Part shown: piece after piece, positions 50,701 through 64,000 of the stretch
Layout of the letters: each line of letters starts with the position of its first letter
Position numbering within the stretch: position 1 is the first letter of the stretch
Origin: Eledone cirrhosa
Lineage: Eukaryota
Direction of reading: 5' to 3'
Assembly: GCA_964016885.1 (NCBI GenBank)
Contig: OZ024744.1
Location: 36,890,001-36,954,000 of the forward strand
Length of the DNA: 64,000 nucleotides
Notes under the pieces: generated by a model
The model's database searches: none
Told to the model about the DNA's origin: nothing
The model's input: only the letters and a program-made list of their open reading frames with translations
Made by a program: the position numbers and the translations under genes

Positions 50701-50794
50701 TCCTGAATATCTGAGGCTGCAGGTAGTGGTTTGATATTCAATCCAACGGACTTTCCAGTTAACCAACATCAATGACTGAGATTCAAGGAATAAC
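47727..50794 (+). mobile_element. Dong family A copy A4, 5'-truncated
   Basis: ORFs 47810-50134 and 50103-50714 (frameshift at gcccgccc near 50081); preceded by (TAA)n(GAA)n. Confidence 0.93.
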
Positions 50795-50800
50795 AATAAC

Positions 50801-50831
<31 letters not shown>

Positions 50832-50836
<5 letters not shown>

Positions 50837-51530
50837 ACAACCAGAGACCATTGACCATATAATTTCAATGTGCAGTCCTATAGCTCCAACCGAATACCTA
50901 AACAGGCATGACAGAGCTGCACAATACATACATTGGATAATGTGTAAGCATTTTGACCTGCCCCATCAAAAGAATTGGTGGGAGCATCAACCACCTCCCA
51001 TACTTGAAAAAGATCACATCTCAATCTTGTGGAACTTTAGCATCCAAACAGACCGAAAAATAGATGCAAACAGACCTGATATAATATTGAAAGACTTTCA
51101 AAAGAGGGTATGCCTGCTAATTGATATGTCTGTTCCAATAGACAAGAACGTATCTATAAAAACATTTGAAAAATTGAGCAAGTATAAGGACCTGGAGATA
51201 GAAATTGGAAAAATGTGGAAATTGAGAACTAAAACAATACCAGTGGTTGTAGGCGCTCTGGGAATGATACCTAAGGGGTCTAATGATTACATATCGCAAA
51301 TCCCAGGAAACCCGCGTATAGGAGAAATACAAAAGATAGTATTAATGGGAACTGCCCATATACTAAGGAAGATTCTGTCAATATAAGTACATCACAAGTC
51401 TAAACACTAAAGATGCATGTGTGAATATGTATGTTCTTTCTTGAACATGGCGGACCTTGTTGTCTCTTGAGGTCACTGGTTGTGACTTGGTGATGACTCG
51501 TATGAACATAAAGCAAGATAAATGCAACTG
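50832..51530 (+). mobile_element. Dong family B 3' fragment
   Basis: RLE ORF ending 51386; 3' UTR matches 3097-3236; TAA on both sides. Confidence 0.92.
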
Positions 51531-51549
51531 TAATAATAATAATAATAAT

Positions 51550-51926
51550 GTTTTCTTTATTAACCACAAGGGTTTACATAAAGTAGACATTAAGGACAGT
51601 ACAGGACAATACAAGACGGTACAAATGGGCATTTCTGCGTGTAAAAAAAACAGAGGATGAAATGAAATAACAAAGAAAAATTCCCCAATAGGGGGGAGAC
51701 TTCCGAGGGACATTTGTGGAGAAAGCCATTAAAAGACCACAGTGGCCCTGACCACCAGGGCAAGTGCCCTCTCCCAGTTTTCCACCTTTAATTTACAGAC
51801 ACATACCCAGAGAAGGCCCATTCATTCGGGCCATACTTGCTTCTCTAACCCATCTTTCAACAAAATGCTGGGAAGAGAGCACTTCCCCCTCTACCCTGAT
51901 TTTCCTTTTCAAATGAAATTTGAAAA

Positions 51927-51930
<4 letters not shown>
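51550..51930 (-). mobile_element. 5'-truncated 3' fragment of Tx1 family C
   Basis: Near-identical to 36006-36389; TAA on both sides. Confidence 0.92.
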
Positions 51931-51969
<39 letters not shown>

Positions 51970-51972
51970 TAA

Positions 51973-52900
<928 letters not shown>

Positions 52901-52921
52901 TAATAATGTAATAATAATAAT

Positions 52922-55900
52922 GGTTTCTTTATTGGCATAAGGGCTAACACGAAGAAAAACATTAGAGACGGCACAGAACAGACAGGACGATACAAAGTGG
53001 GTTTTGGTCGTGTAATCAGGTTATAACAAAATCGGGCTAGAAATAAATAAAAAATCAAACAACAAGAATTCCCCCAAAAGAAGGAAACCTCCGAGGGTCA
53101 CTCGTGGCGAAAACCACACGAAAAAGACCACAACAAGCCTGACCACCAGGACAAGCGCTCTATCTCAGTTTTCCGACTCCTCAGTCTACAGGTGCATACT
53201 CAGAGCGGGCCCGTTCACTCGGACCAGACTCGCCACTTTTACCCACCATTCAACAAATTTAGACGGCCTCTCCACCCTGATTTTCGCATTCAAGTGAAAC
53301 TTGAAAAATTTAATCAGGGATTGGCCAAAGAGGAAAGTGTCCGTCTTGAAACCTTTCAACCTTGTCCACCACACAAACTCTTTCGCCATGGCCACCAGGT
53401 AGATGAAAACTGCTTGCCCTTCCTCCTCTTTAAAGGAGGATGGCGGGGCTATCTGCACAATAGACTCAGTCGATAAACGGATACGTCCGTCACGCGACAG
53501 CATCCGTTCGACATATCTCCGCAAGTCAGCAATCCTCGGGCACTGAACGAGTGCGTGCAGGATTGTTTCGTCGCCCTGCGCGCATCTCGGACTGGCTAGA
53601 CTGACAGCACATCCGTGCCTGTAGAGCTTATCCCGAACCGGCACCACTCTGAAAGTTCTCTTGAAGAGAGCGAACATCTGATCGTCTTGGACGCCCAGGG
53701 ACTCCCCGAGCACGTCGTCGCACTTTCTCCCCACTAGCCCTCTATAGCACGCCAAGGAGGATGTTCCACCGATACTAGTGCCCAGCTGTCGAGGGCGGTC
53801 AGCGCTTGGAGACATTCCAGCTTCCAAGCGCTAACCCTCGGTCTTTCCCTGATCGAGGAAGTAACTCCGTCAAGGAGACGAGCTGAGGGAAAGCGCGTCT
53901 GGCAAATGACGACCACACCTGTTCACCGTCAAGGAAGCTCCAGAGATGTCACAGCCTCAGCGCATGTTTGTGCATCATCAGCCACGGCATGCCTAATCCT
54001 TCATGCAACGGGTGTTGACAGCAAATGAATCGTTTGACCATGGGAGCACGTCCGTTGCACACAAAGCGGAAGAGAAGGTGCTCCATTTTGGTCAGAGTTG
54101 GGCCGGGACAAGGTACGACGGTGAAGCGGTAGCAGATGACGGACGCTATGTACACATTTGATACCTCCGCCCGACCTTTCAGAGACAGCCTCCCCTCGGA
54201 CCATTTCTGGGTGAGGGAGGCCACCCTGTTAGTCACCTCGCTCCAGTTTTTCTCCATCTGGACCGAACCAGACCCCGAGCACATTAACATGCCTTTCCGT
54301 CCAGTGCCCCACGACGCTGTCGAACGGTATGGACATGCCTCTCCAGGTGCCGAATTGTAAGCCCACCGACTTTTCCTGGTTTATCTGTGCTCTTGTCACC
54401 ACTTCGTATTCCTTGAGTGCGGTGCCGAGCATCGGGACGTGTTTGGTGATTGACACTAGCACGGTGACGTTGTCGGCGTAAGCCGACATGGATCTCGCGC
54501 ATCGTCTCCAATTAGTGCAGTAACGGCCTTAGGGCCAGTACGTACAAGAGGGAGGAGAGAAGGCAACCCTGGCGGACCGAGCGCATGATGCTGAAAGGCT
54601 GCGACAGGTGACCATTCACCCTCACAATCGAGAAGATGTCGCTGTGCATTGCAGCAATCCAGCCCCTAAAAACGGTCTCGAAACGCTCAGGTACCGAAGG
54701 TCGATTCTATCAAATGCTTTAGATTGATCCAAATTGATCAAGATTCTTAACCACCCTCTCTATGATGTATCGCATGATATGGAGATTGCCGTGGATGGAT
54801 CTGTCCTGAAGGGCGCATGTGTGCGCATCTACCAGATCACCGACGACAAGCTCCAATCTATTTGCTAACACCTTGGCCAACATCTTAAACTCTCCGTTTT
54901 GCAGAGTTATGGGCCTAAAGTTGTCTATAACGTCCCCCTTGTTCGGGTCTTTTTTCAGCTGCGGCACCGCTCCCTGGCTTACAAAACTAGGAATGCTCCC
55001 GTTCTGCTGCCAGTTGCAGTAGACATCTGCCAAGAGGTCGCCAAACAAGTCTGGCATATACGCATAAAGCACGTAGGGCCGACCATCCAAACCAGGCGGT
55101 TTACCCCTCGTGCAATCAGTCATCGCTTCCCGTATTTCACCTGCTGTTATCGGCTTTTCGCAGCACTGCGCTGCGTTCGTCGAGAGCCGCGGCAATCCAT
55201 CGAGGTATGCACCGAAGTCCATACTCCGACCGGCCCGCCACCGATCCTGAACAATTGAGCAAAGTGCTGTTGAAAAGCCGCACACATCTGCTCGGGTTCG
55301 AGCAACATGCGCCCGTTTTGATCTGGCAAAGATCGAATTGAGGACTTGTTGCCACGTCGCACCTCCACCACCCGGGCCCATTGAACGGCTTTCGTCACCT
55401 CGTGCCTTGGAGCACGTGCTCTAGCTCTGTCAATGCTTTGCGTTGAAAAATTGGTCGAGTGCCAATCTCGCCGTAAGTACGTCGGTTGCGATGCTTGTCC
55501 TAAACGCATCTTCTAGCTTTCTAACTAACTTTCCCTCTACTCTATATTCCTCTATCACTACTCCTTTGATAAACCTTATCGATTCTACTCTAATAGCCCT
55601 TTTCAGGGTAATCCAACACCTGTTGTTTACGATCGCACCCGTCAACGCACGCTTAAATGATTCGCTAATCCGTTCTCTGTAAGCTTTGCGCGCCGGGAAC
55701 GACGCGTTCAGCTTCCAGTAGCCGGGCCCTTGTCTATCGAGTCTATCTAAGTCAACTTCACCGATCACAAATTTGTAGTCGACTACATTAAATTGTGGAC
55801 AATCTACGCTAGCCTTATCTGTTTCCCTACAGAATACCCTATCTAAATATGATCTGGATGACCCGATGCGATTTGCCCATGCCCACATTGGCACATTCGG

Positions 55901-58260
55901 ATAATCCAGTCTATAACTGTCATACAGTTCAAAAAGCCTGAGCAGGTTGTTGAGGCTTTTACACCCTCCTGCCCTCTCTACTAGCCCCACATAATCCCAG
56001 CGTGAAAGATACCATACCAGTGGCCCACTAACGCTAAAGACCGGGACGTTCCAAGAAAGGTCTCTAGACATCTGAAGAAATCTGGCCGTCCTGCTCCTGT
56101 TGGGGCGTAGACAGCTGCTAGCCTGAAAGCATTGCCTTCGCTGCGGGTCAAGTCCAGCACCACCGTCTTACCTTCTGGGTCTAGGAAGATGTCCGGTATC
56201 GCGAGATCCAAGCCTCTCCAGAAAAGCACTGCCACCCCTCTCCCCGATCCTGGGAGGCTGGGAGATGCATATACATCGTAGCCGCCGAGGATCGGTGCGA
56301 AGGCTCGTGCTTCGGAGATTCTGGTCTCGCTGATTGCCACCACATCTATGTTTACTGACCTGAGATCGTTGAGCAGCTAACCCTGCTTCCAAGATGACCC
56401 CATGCCACGTGCATTTATACTGCCTATTTGGATGACCATGTTGGATGAGAAACGGGGTAAGTGAGAAGGGATCACTTAACCTGATCGTGTGGTGAAGGGA
56501 CAGTAGAACCGTCTCTTTGGCTGGCCAAGGGTGTTTCAAGATGAAATTCGGTATATATCCTCTTGGTAACCGATCCCCTGATGTCTCCAACTGCGCTGGG
56601 GAATTTTTCCTTTAAAAGTTTGTAATGTTCAATTTTGACATCAATGATGTTTATGTTTTTCGGGAGAGTTCTTGGTGTTGGTAGGGTGTAGTAGTTTTTT
56701 CTGTGATGTCTGTGTGCTGCTTTATATATTGTAAGAGTTCTTTATTTGCCATGTTTACGGCTGTGTACTTTTTGGGGGTGGGGTGATTTTGTTGCTGTTT
56801 TCTTGTTGTTGCTGTTGGGTGTGTGTGTTTTGTTTTGTTTGCAATGTTGGTGATGCTCGGGGTGGTGTGGTTGTTGTTGGTGGTGATGCTTGTGGTGGTG
56901 ATGCTGATTGTGTGGTGTTGCTGCAAGTCTCCTTGCAACCTTTACTCCTTTTTGTTTGCTTTCGCTTTTGGAGGGTGAATCTAAAGGTGTTTTCTCTTTT
57001 TTGTTTTATTGTGGCAGACCGTTTACCACTTCCCTCCCGCCTCATACACTATGTCGGATTCCGTGGCGTCTGGGAGGGGTATGAGCTCCGGCGATATTGC
57101 CGCCGGGGTAGCTACTGCGACTGTTTGTGTTGCCGCCACTGCTGCCGCTGTTTTAGTTGTCCGTGGCCTTGGTATAAGTGCCACGGACGTTGCCCTGCTA
57201 TTCACCATGGAAAGGTATTCAACCTCTGTTGCCTGCCCTGCTCTTGGTAGCAGCGAATCAGGCGTCGAAAGGAGGGGGTCCCTCTTCTTGGCTGACTTCT
57301 GCCCACAGAGATAGCACTTTAGGAGCCTTCATGCCACGCTTATAGGGGTTCTTCCTCGAGGACTATGATATCTGGTATGGCCTCGATGAACTCCTGGTCA
57401 GTTTGTATTAGCATTTGCATGCCAATTCCTGACCAGTTCTCTCTTCCCATTCTCTGTATTTGCAGTATGGTGGTCTTCTCCTCGATTCCAGCAATTTCAG
57501 ACGCGGCCAGCCAAGGTATGGGCACGTCTGGCGGGACCTGGGTCAGTGTGACCCTCACAATTTTCTGCCCGCAGTAGGAGGGCACCAAAACTCGTCACTC
57601 TTTAGGGTTTCCAAAGAGTGAGACTTCGCCTCTTGGGGGGTGGCGAAAAGTACATCCACTGCGGCGTACTCTTTGCTTCGGGTGATGTGGGATTTGCGCG
57701 CCCAGACACACCCCAAGTCTTTTTGGATTTGAGCCTCCGTGGCTCTCTCCACCCGACGTAACATTTTCCTTACGGTGCGGTAAGTCACCCTGCGCTGCTG
57801 GTCTTTGAAGAAATCGGTTGAAGGTTTCAGCGAAACTCTATTGTCCTTTCTTGCCCCCTTGGCTCTTGCGACTGCCATCTCCTCCTCCGTGACTAGCACT
57901 GTCTCTATATTTCGGGCCACACCTGTGAAAGAAGTGGCCCTTTTTCAGCGGCACCATTATTGCTGCCGTTGCTGCTGCTACTGGCCTTTTTATTGGTGCT
58001 GTTGCTGTTGCTACAGTTACAAACGGTGTTGTTGGTGTTGTTGCTGTTATCACTGTTGTAGTTGGTTGTGTTTTTGGTGCCACCACCGTTGTTGTTGTTT
58101 TCGGTGCAATTTGTATTGTTGCTGTTGGCCAAAAAAGCCCAAATATTATACTTTCCCCTACTTTCCCTTACACAACAAGAAAAAATTGAACAACACGTAA
58201 TTATAACAGGTAAATAAAGCGACTTACTGCGACCGTGCCAAAATGATGTCCGAACATACC
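52922..58260 (-). mobile_element. Tx1/L1-clade element (copy E), full-length, degenerate
   Basis: ORF1 pieces at ~56470-58130; ORF2 ATG near 56439 gives MVIQIGSINARG; GYWKLN, QGCLLS, YADN; TTA tracts at both ends. Confidence 0.9.
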
Positions 58261-58272
58261 AATAATAATAAT

Positions 58273-58534
58273 AACTAGCAGAATGGCCCGGCGTTGTTCA
58301 GGATTCTAAACATAGATTTTCATATTTATCCCTCCTTTCTGAAATAGTACAGGGAAGTACGGAATACCTCGGCTTCGGGATGGTGTCTACATTTTGTGCT
58401 TATAAAGAAAATTCGCCGTAGATTACCATTGATTTTTTTTCCATGCGAAGTAAATCAATACTTTATCGCGAAATAAATACTTTTGTTTATATTTTGTTAT
58501 TGTGCATGCAGAAATATCTGTACACGAATATATA

Positions 58535-58612
<78 letters not shown>

Positions 58613-58740
58613 TAACAGATTAAAGTTTAAGCAAAGAATCGTTGCTTAACGGGATCTGATCTTCTGAAACTAAAAAAATCCATCTGTGAACGCAGAAGTA
58701 AATATTTCGAAAAAACTTATACACTTTATATATATATATA

Positions 58741-58824
<84 letters not shown>

Positions 58825-59146
58825 TATAGAGTCAGAATGTCGTAATGCAGACACCAGACATACAGACAGATATTATAAGGGCGCAACGTTATATCTCTGT
58901 ATCTACCTGAAAAGAAAGACTAAGAATTATAGAGAGAGCCCGTTAAATCGCCTAATGCGGTTCCTAGGACATTGAAAATTTGAAATATTTTTAGCTCAAA
59001 ACACTCGCAGGACCAAATGCATTACATGTATAAAGTTTGAAAAGAATCGGTTGAGTGGTTCTCCAGTTTTACGGAGTCAGACAGACAGACACACAGACAG
59101 ATATACAGACTGTCTGACAGACATTTTCTATTTTAGATATATATAT
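58273..59146 (+). mobile_element. Probable non-autonomous Helentron/DINE-1-like (HINE) element
   Basis: Starts ACTAGCAGAATGGCCCGGCGTTG; ends AAGTTTGAAAAGAATCGGTTGAGTGGTT..(CAGA)n..TTTTAGATATATAT. Assignment is from recalled HINE terminal patterns. Confidence 0.5.
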
Positions 59147-59574
59147 AATAATAATAATACTAATATTATCAGTCGTTTATTCCTACATTACACATTAAAA
59201 TTGCTTTAAAGCGTCAGATATGCAGATGGGTATGTTTATTTAGACATTGGAATAGAATGTGAAGTTACTTGCACTTTTCAAAGAAATGATACAAATACGA
59301 GTCACAGATCACATCAGTGTTCTACAATATTTGTTTCGGAGTGGTGGGAAATATATTATTATGTCTTGGCTAAAGTAAAGCCACGGAGAAATGCTTTCTA
59401 TTTACTGATAGGTTATCGAATCTAGAGATATTTCTATCAAGAAAAAAGAGGTTAGCGATATTACAAATGCCCTGCTAACAATAGATAGATCTCTCAGGAG
59501 GGTACCAGGTCATGCAGTTATTTAGGGAAAAACAGAACAGTGAATTAACAAAAGAGGGATAACAATGATAGATA

Positions 59575-59774
59575 ATGGTTTCTGATTATGGCACAAGCCC
59601 AACAATTTTGGAAGAGGCGGGAAAGTCGATTAAATCGACCCCTGTGCGTTACTGGTACTTTATTTGATCGATCCCGTAAGGGTGAAAAGCAAAGTTAAAT
59701 TCAGAACAAAGGCCATAACTAAATACTGTACAGCATGTGGTCCGACGCTCTACTGATCCTGCTAATCCACCGCC
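59575..59774 (-). mobile_element. SINE copy (older variant)
   Basis: Head GGCGGTGGATTAGCAGGATCAGTAG; tail GGGCTTGTGCCATAATCAGAAACCATTAT. Confidence 0.8.
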
Positions 59775-60327
59775 CTACAAAAGAGAAATAATAGATGTAG
59801 ATTACATTTCAAATGTCTAAAGTCAAGACTTTCACAAAAAAAAAAAAAAAACACAAATTTAGTCAAAGGTGAAAAAACAATTTAGGGATGAATCTAGAGA
59901 TGACCTTTCAAAAATCCACCCTTGATTAACCCAGCTAGGTCTGTCACGATTGAAACCTTATCAAGCATTGATTAAGTTTCATAAACAATTTAGGGAAGAA
60001 TCTAACGATGACCTATTGAAATTCCACCCTTTAGTAACTCAGTCAGGTCTGTCACCATTTAAAACGGATTAGCCATTAAGTTCCATAAACAAAGCTTATA
60101 TCCTATAAGTATATTCTATTAAAAACTGGTGGGATTAGAATCATCTCTCTATTCTTTTGGAGACTTTCCAGAAACTATTGGTTCTAATGCAAAACTACTA
60201 GTCCGAGAGAAAAGAGAGAGAGGGGGTAGAGAGGGGGGAGATAGAGAGGGGGGTAGAGAGGGAGAGAGAGCGAGAGCATTTTAACGCTGGTCTTTAAAAA
60301 GACTACCAACATTTAAAGTGTAATATA

Positions 60328-60775
60328 TTTGTTTCTACTTTAGGCACAAGGCCAGCAATTACCCAGTTCATTACTGGTCAATGATGTATTAAATATAAAA
60401 TCTTATAATACTACACGGAGTAAAGTTTCACTACCAGAAACATTTTACTGCTTTATAACTGAAATCTTTTACTAGCCCTTTATGGTCATAGTTCAAATCC
60501 CGCCGAAGTTAACTTTGCCTTTCATCATTACGCGGTCGATAAAATAAAGTACCAGTAATACACTGGGATATTTACTGGCCTTGTGCAAAAAGTAATAATA
60601 TTTATATTTAGACATGACGCCATGTTTTGCAACATAGAGTTATGTCCCTTTATGGTTTGAGTTCAAATCCCGCCGAGATTAACTTTGCCTTTCATCCTTA
60701 TGGGGTCGATAAAATAAAGTACCAGTAATACACTGCCATAATTGCTGGTCTTGTGCTAAAAGTAGAAACAATTAT
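60328..60775. mobile_element. SINE fragments: minus 3' piece ~60328-60380 and two tandem plus copies ~60470-60600 and ~60615-60775
   Basis: B box GTTCAAATCC and core AACTTTGCCTTTCATC repeated. Confidence 0.82.
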
Positions 60776-61202
60776 TTTTACCTTTTGTCTTCGTCTGCCT
60801 CTTCTTCTCTATCTATGTTTCACTCTTTGTTTTTCTTTTCGTTTTGTTTTGTTTTTGTGCGATGATTACGTCTTTACATTGATCTTTAAATTAAATAAAT
60901 AATATATATACATTGACTGGGTAATGAAGAATCAAATAGCATCACTAGAATTTATATATGTGAGAGCTAGCTGATAAAATCGTATCTAAATGTATATAAT
61001 TACATAACAGATACCATGGAAATACGTTTAATACAATAATAAAATGTGGTGAAATATAACCATATTGGTTCTATCTCATTATCATACCAATACACAGTCA
61101 TTCACAGATCTGCATGATCCTTTATCATATCAGGAATGACATACTGGTATGGAGTTCTTAATCTTTGCGTCTGCAAAACTAATCATTGATTGATAACCAC
61201 AA

Positions 61203-61387
<185 letters not shown>

Positions 61388-61689
61388 TATATATATATGA
61401 ATGTATATATAGTGTATTTTGCAATACATTGTATGCTTAATTAAAAGCATTTCGAAGACCTTACGCTATTGTTTTAGAGTAGTGACAGTCTCACTTACTT
61501 TAATTTTCATCAAAAATAATGTTATTTACAGGCATAGTTCTTGAAGATAAGCAGATCAAAATGTGTTAATATAGCAGGAGTGCTATTTGATATGATTTCT
61601 ATTTTTAGAGAGTTAATATGCATGGGGAGGTAATTCATGCTGGATGATATTTAATTTATTTAAGAAAAAGGATTATGCCTGTAAATAAC

Positions 61690-62240
61690 ATTTTTTCTTT
61701 CACATTGACTTATTATGCTCCACATTACGCTCCTTTTTTCTTTTTTCTTTTTTCTTTTTTCTTTTTTCTTTTTTCTTTTCTCTTTTTTCTTTTTTCTTTT
61801 TTCTTTTTTCTTTTTTCTTTTTTCTTTTTTTCTTTTTTTCTTTTTTCTTTTTTCTTTTTTCTTTTTTCTTTTTTCTTTTTTCTTTTTTCTTTTTTCTTTT
61901 TTCTTTTTTCTTTTTTCTTTTCACTTTATAAACCTTGTTTGTAAATAACATTATTCTTTCTGCACCATTTCTCTAACATGTCCAACACCACTATTCTACA
62001 CCAATACATATTATCATTTGGTAATGCATAAAAATGCTGAAACTGGTAATTAAATATATAAATAATTAAATAAATGCACTTGTTAATTAATAAATAAATC
62101 AACTAATACCTTAACACTTCATACAAAGTAAAATATTTCGTTTTAATCATTTTCTAACCCAGAAAAAAAGAGGGAAATAAATAAAAAGGGGAAAAAAAAT
62201 ATTTTTCTTCCTAATAATCGTCTTTTTCTCGCTGTTTTCA
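61690..62240 (+). mobile_element. PLE pseudo-LTR-like repeat with (TTTTTTC)n expansion and degenerate hammerhead
   Basis: Homologous to 18405-18802, same GTTTTCA-(TA)n end; T-GCAT-AAAA-ATGC-T-GAAACTGGTA at ~62025-62048. Confidence 0.65.
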
Positions 62241-62259
62241 TATATATATATATATATAT

Positions 62260-64000
62260 CCTAACTCGTGTGCTTCCTCTCCACATTTTATTATTATTAT
62301 TCACTCCCACACGAGATACAGAAAATGTCTACTAAAACAAAAACAGACTCCACCCTCATTAGCATCAATCAAGAGATACTCCAAGTACTACAAAAAATAA
62401 ACTCTAATTTGTCAATACTCACTAACAAAATTAATTCTACAAGTGAAGAAACAATCCCCAAATACACATCCTATGCAATCAACGACAATATCAACAACTT
62501 ATGTAAAACAATAAAAACACACCTGAATAACAACACAAATCCTATTCAAGCGAACGAAAAACACATGACACTAATACACTTACAACTTACCAAATAAAAA
62601 CCAAATTAATACCACAATGGTTCACATCTCTTAAAAACAGGAAATTCTCCTCTTGGAAGATGATACCAAACAATAACAAAGCGGAGATCTATGAAAAATG
62701 GATTAAACCCATTAACCATCCCCCGCAAACTACAAATTAAATCCATCCCAAACGAACCAGAGACACAAAGACGCCTCAGGGAAAGAATGGCACTTGATAA
62801 TATAAAAACCGAAATTGTACTCCTTAAATTGAGAGCCCAAGCAAATGAAGATAGGATCAAATCAATCGACGATGAGATTAATCAAGCAATTATCAATAAA
62901 ACCAAAGACACCCCCTCGAAAATATTTCAAAATTATGGTTAGAGGACTGTAATAAGGGAGAATTAAAATCCCTTCAACGTTGGGAAATAAACGAAACTTG
63001 GTTCTCTAAATATGAAACACTTTTCCCAAAAGAACAAACATCCAAGAACCCCTTCATTAAAACCATAATTACAAGAAAACTCGATCAACACCCAAACACC
63101 ACAAAACAACCAACAACAACAAAAAAACAATACCTCCCCACATACACAAAAAAGACGGCATCACCTTGCCCCTACCTCCGAGACCCTCCACATAACTACC
63201 CCACGGATTCCCAAACAACAAATATAGTAATAGAGAAACATCAGCTACAAGATAGACTCTAACCAGGAGAAACCATAGAATCCCCCACACTTACAACCCC
63301 CCTAACATCACCACACAACAAACCCACAAGCATCATTACTTCCAACATAGAACCCAAAATACACAACTACCCCACATGTCACATAGGGCCTTACAACCAC
63401 ACACCAACTATAAGGAAACCCTAATCTATCCTCCCCCACTAACCACATCCTACTACAACAACACCAGCAGGGGACAATTCAACCACACGAGACACCCTAA
63501 CCACTACAACCACCATAACTACACACAATATAACAGCAACAGCAGAACTCAATATAACCACACAAGACAACCCTACTACAACTACCACCAAGTCTACACA
63601 CCCTACAACAACAGTAGTGTTCAGCACAACCATATGATACAACCCAACTTCAACAGCCACCACAACTTCACACCCTATAACCACATCCATCAAATCTACA
63701 CACACTACAACAACATCAGCAAGGCTCAATACAACCACACGATACAACCTAACTTCAACAACCACCACAGCTACACATCATCTAACAACAACAGCAGAGG
63801 CCAATACAATCATAAGAGACATCCAAACTTCAACAGCCACCACAACTTCCGTAATCATTTTTTAGACACAGCACACAGACACAGGATAACAATATAACAC
63901 AAAACACACAGGAGACACTAAAAGTAATAAAAATTGTTAATTTAACCTCTAAAGAATTAATAACAGAGCAAATCAACATACTCTCCAAAGGTCTAAAATT
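62260..64000 (+). mobile_element. 5' part of a Penelope-like element (broken ORF1-like region, then start of the RT ORF), runs off the window
   Basis: 63933-64000 encodes IVNLTSKELITEQINILSKGLK, matching the VNLS..L...E..VL.KGL.F motif upstream of PLE RTs. Upstream ORF pieces at 62268-62597, 62691-62942 and 63376-63897. Confidence 0.72.

Noticed and set aside
59875-60092. ~108-bp tandem dimer as a coding repeat exon
   Set aside because: Stops in the frames I checked and no clear splice sites; likely a local duplication.

Overview
This is eukaryotic, repeat-saturated DNA, probably from an octopus or other cephalopod (inferred from my recollection of the SINE family, not from a search). I could not support any host gene. 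The window divides into two transposon niches. (1) Two long arrays built on (TAA)n microsatellites, at 1-17.2 kb with TTA on + and at 33-58.3 kb with TAA on +. They contain two families of R4/Dong-type RLE retrotransposons, several Tx1/L1-type APE retrotransposons and a tRNA-derived SINE, chained through short triplet tracts with strict polarity: apart from one internal inverted fragment, every Dong reads along the TAA strand and every Tx1 and SINE along the TTA strand. The Tx1 copies have phase-precise junctions and no poly(A), and share a 3' terminal motif with the SINE, which suggests a (TTA)n-targeting LINE-SINE partnership. (2) (TA)n-rich regions at 17-32 kb and 58-64 kb holding Penelope-like elements (PLEs), pseudo-LTR tandem and inverted repeats, and about nine hammerhead-ribozyme motifs, two of them intact. 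These regions also hold an unassigned 615-bp tandem repeat, a CRE-like RLE remnant and a Helentron-like element. At the right edge a PLE ORF1 appears to join the RT frame through an in-frame U-UUU-UUA -1 slippery site. All calls come from manual motif reading. Element boundaries are approximate to a few bases, and some frameshifts in homopolymers could be assembly errors.
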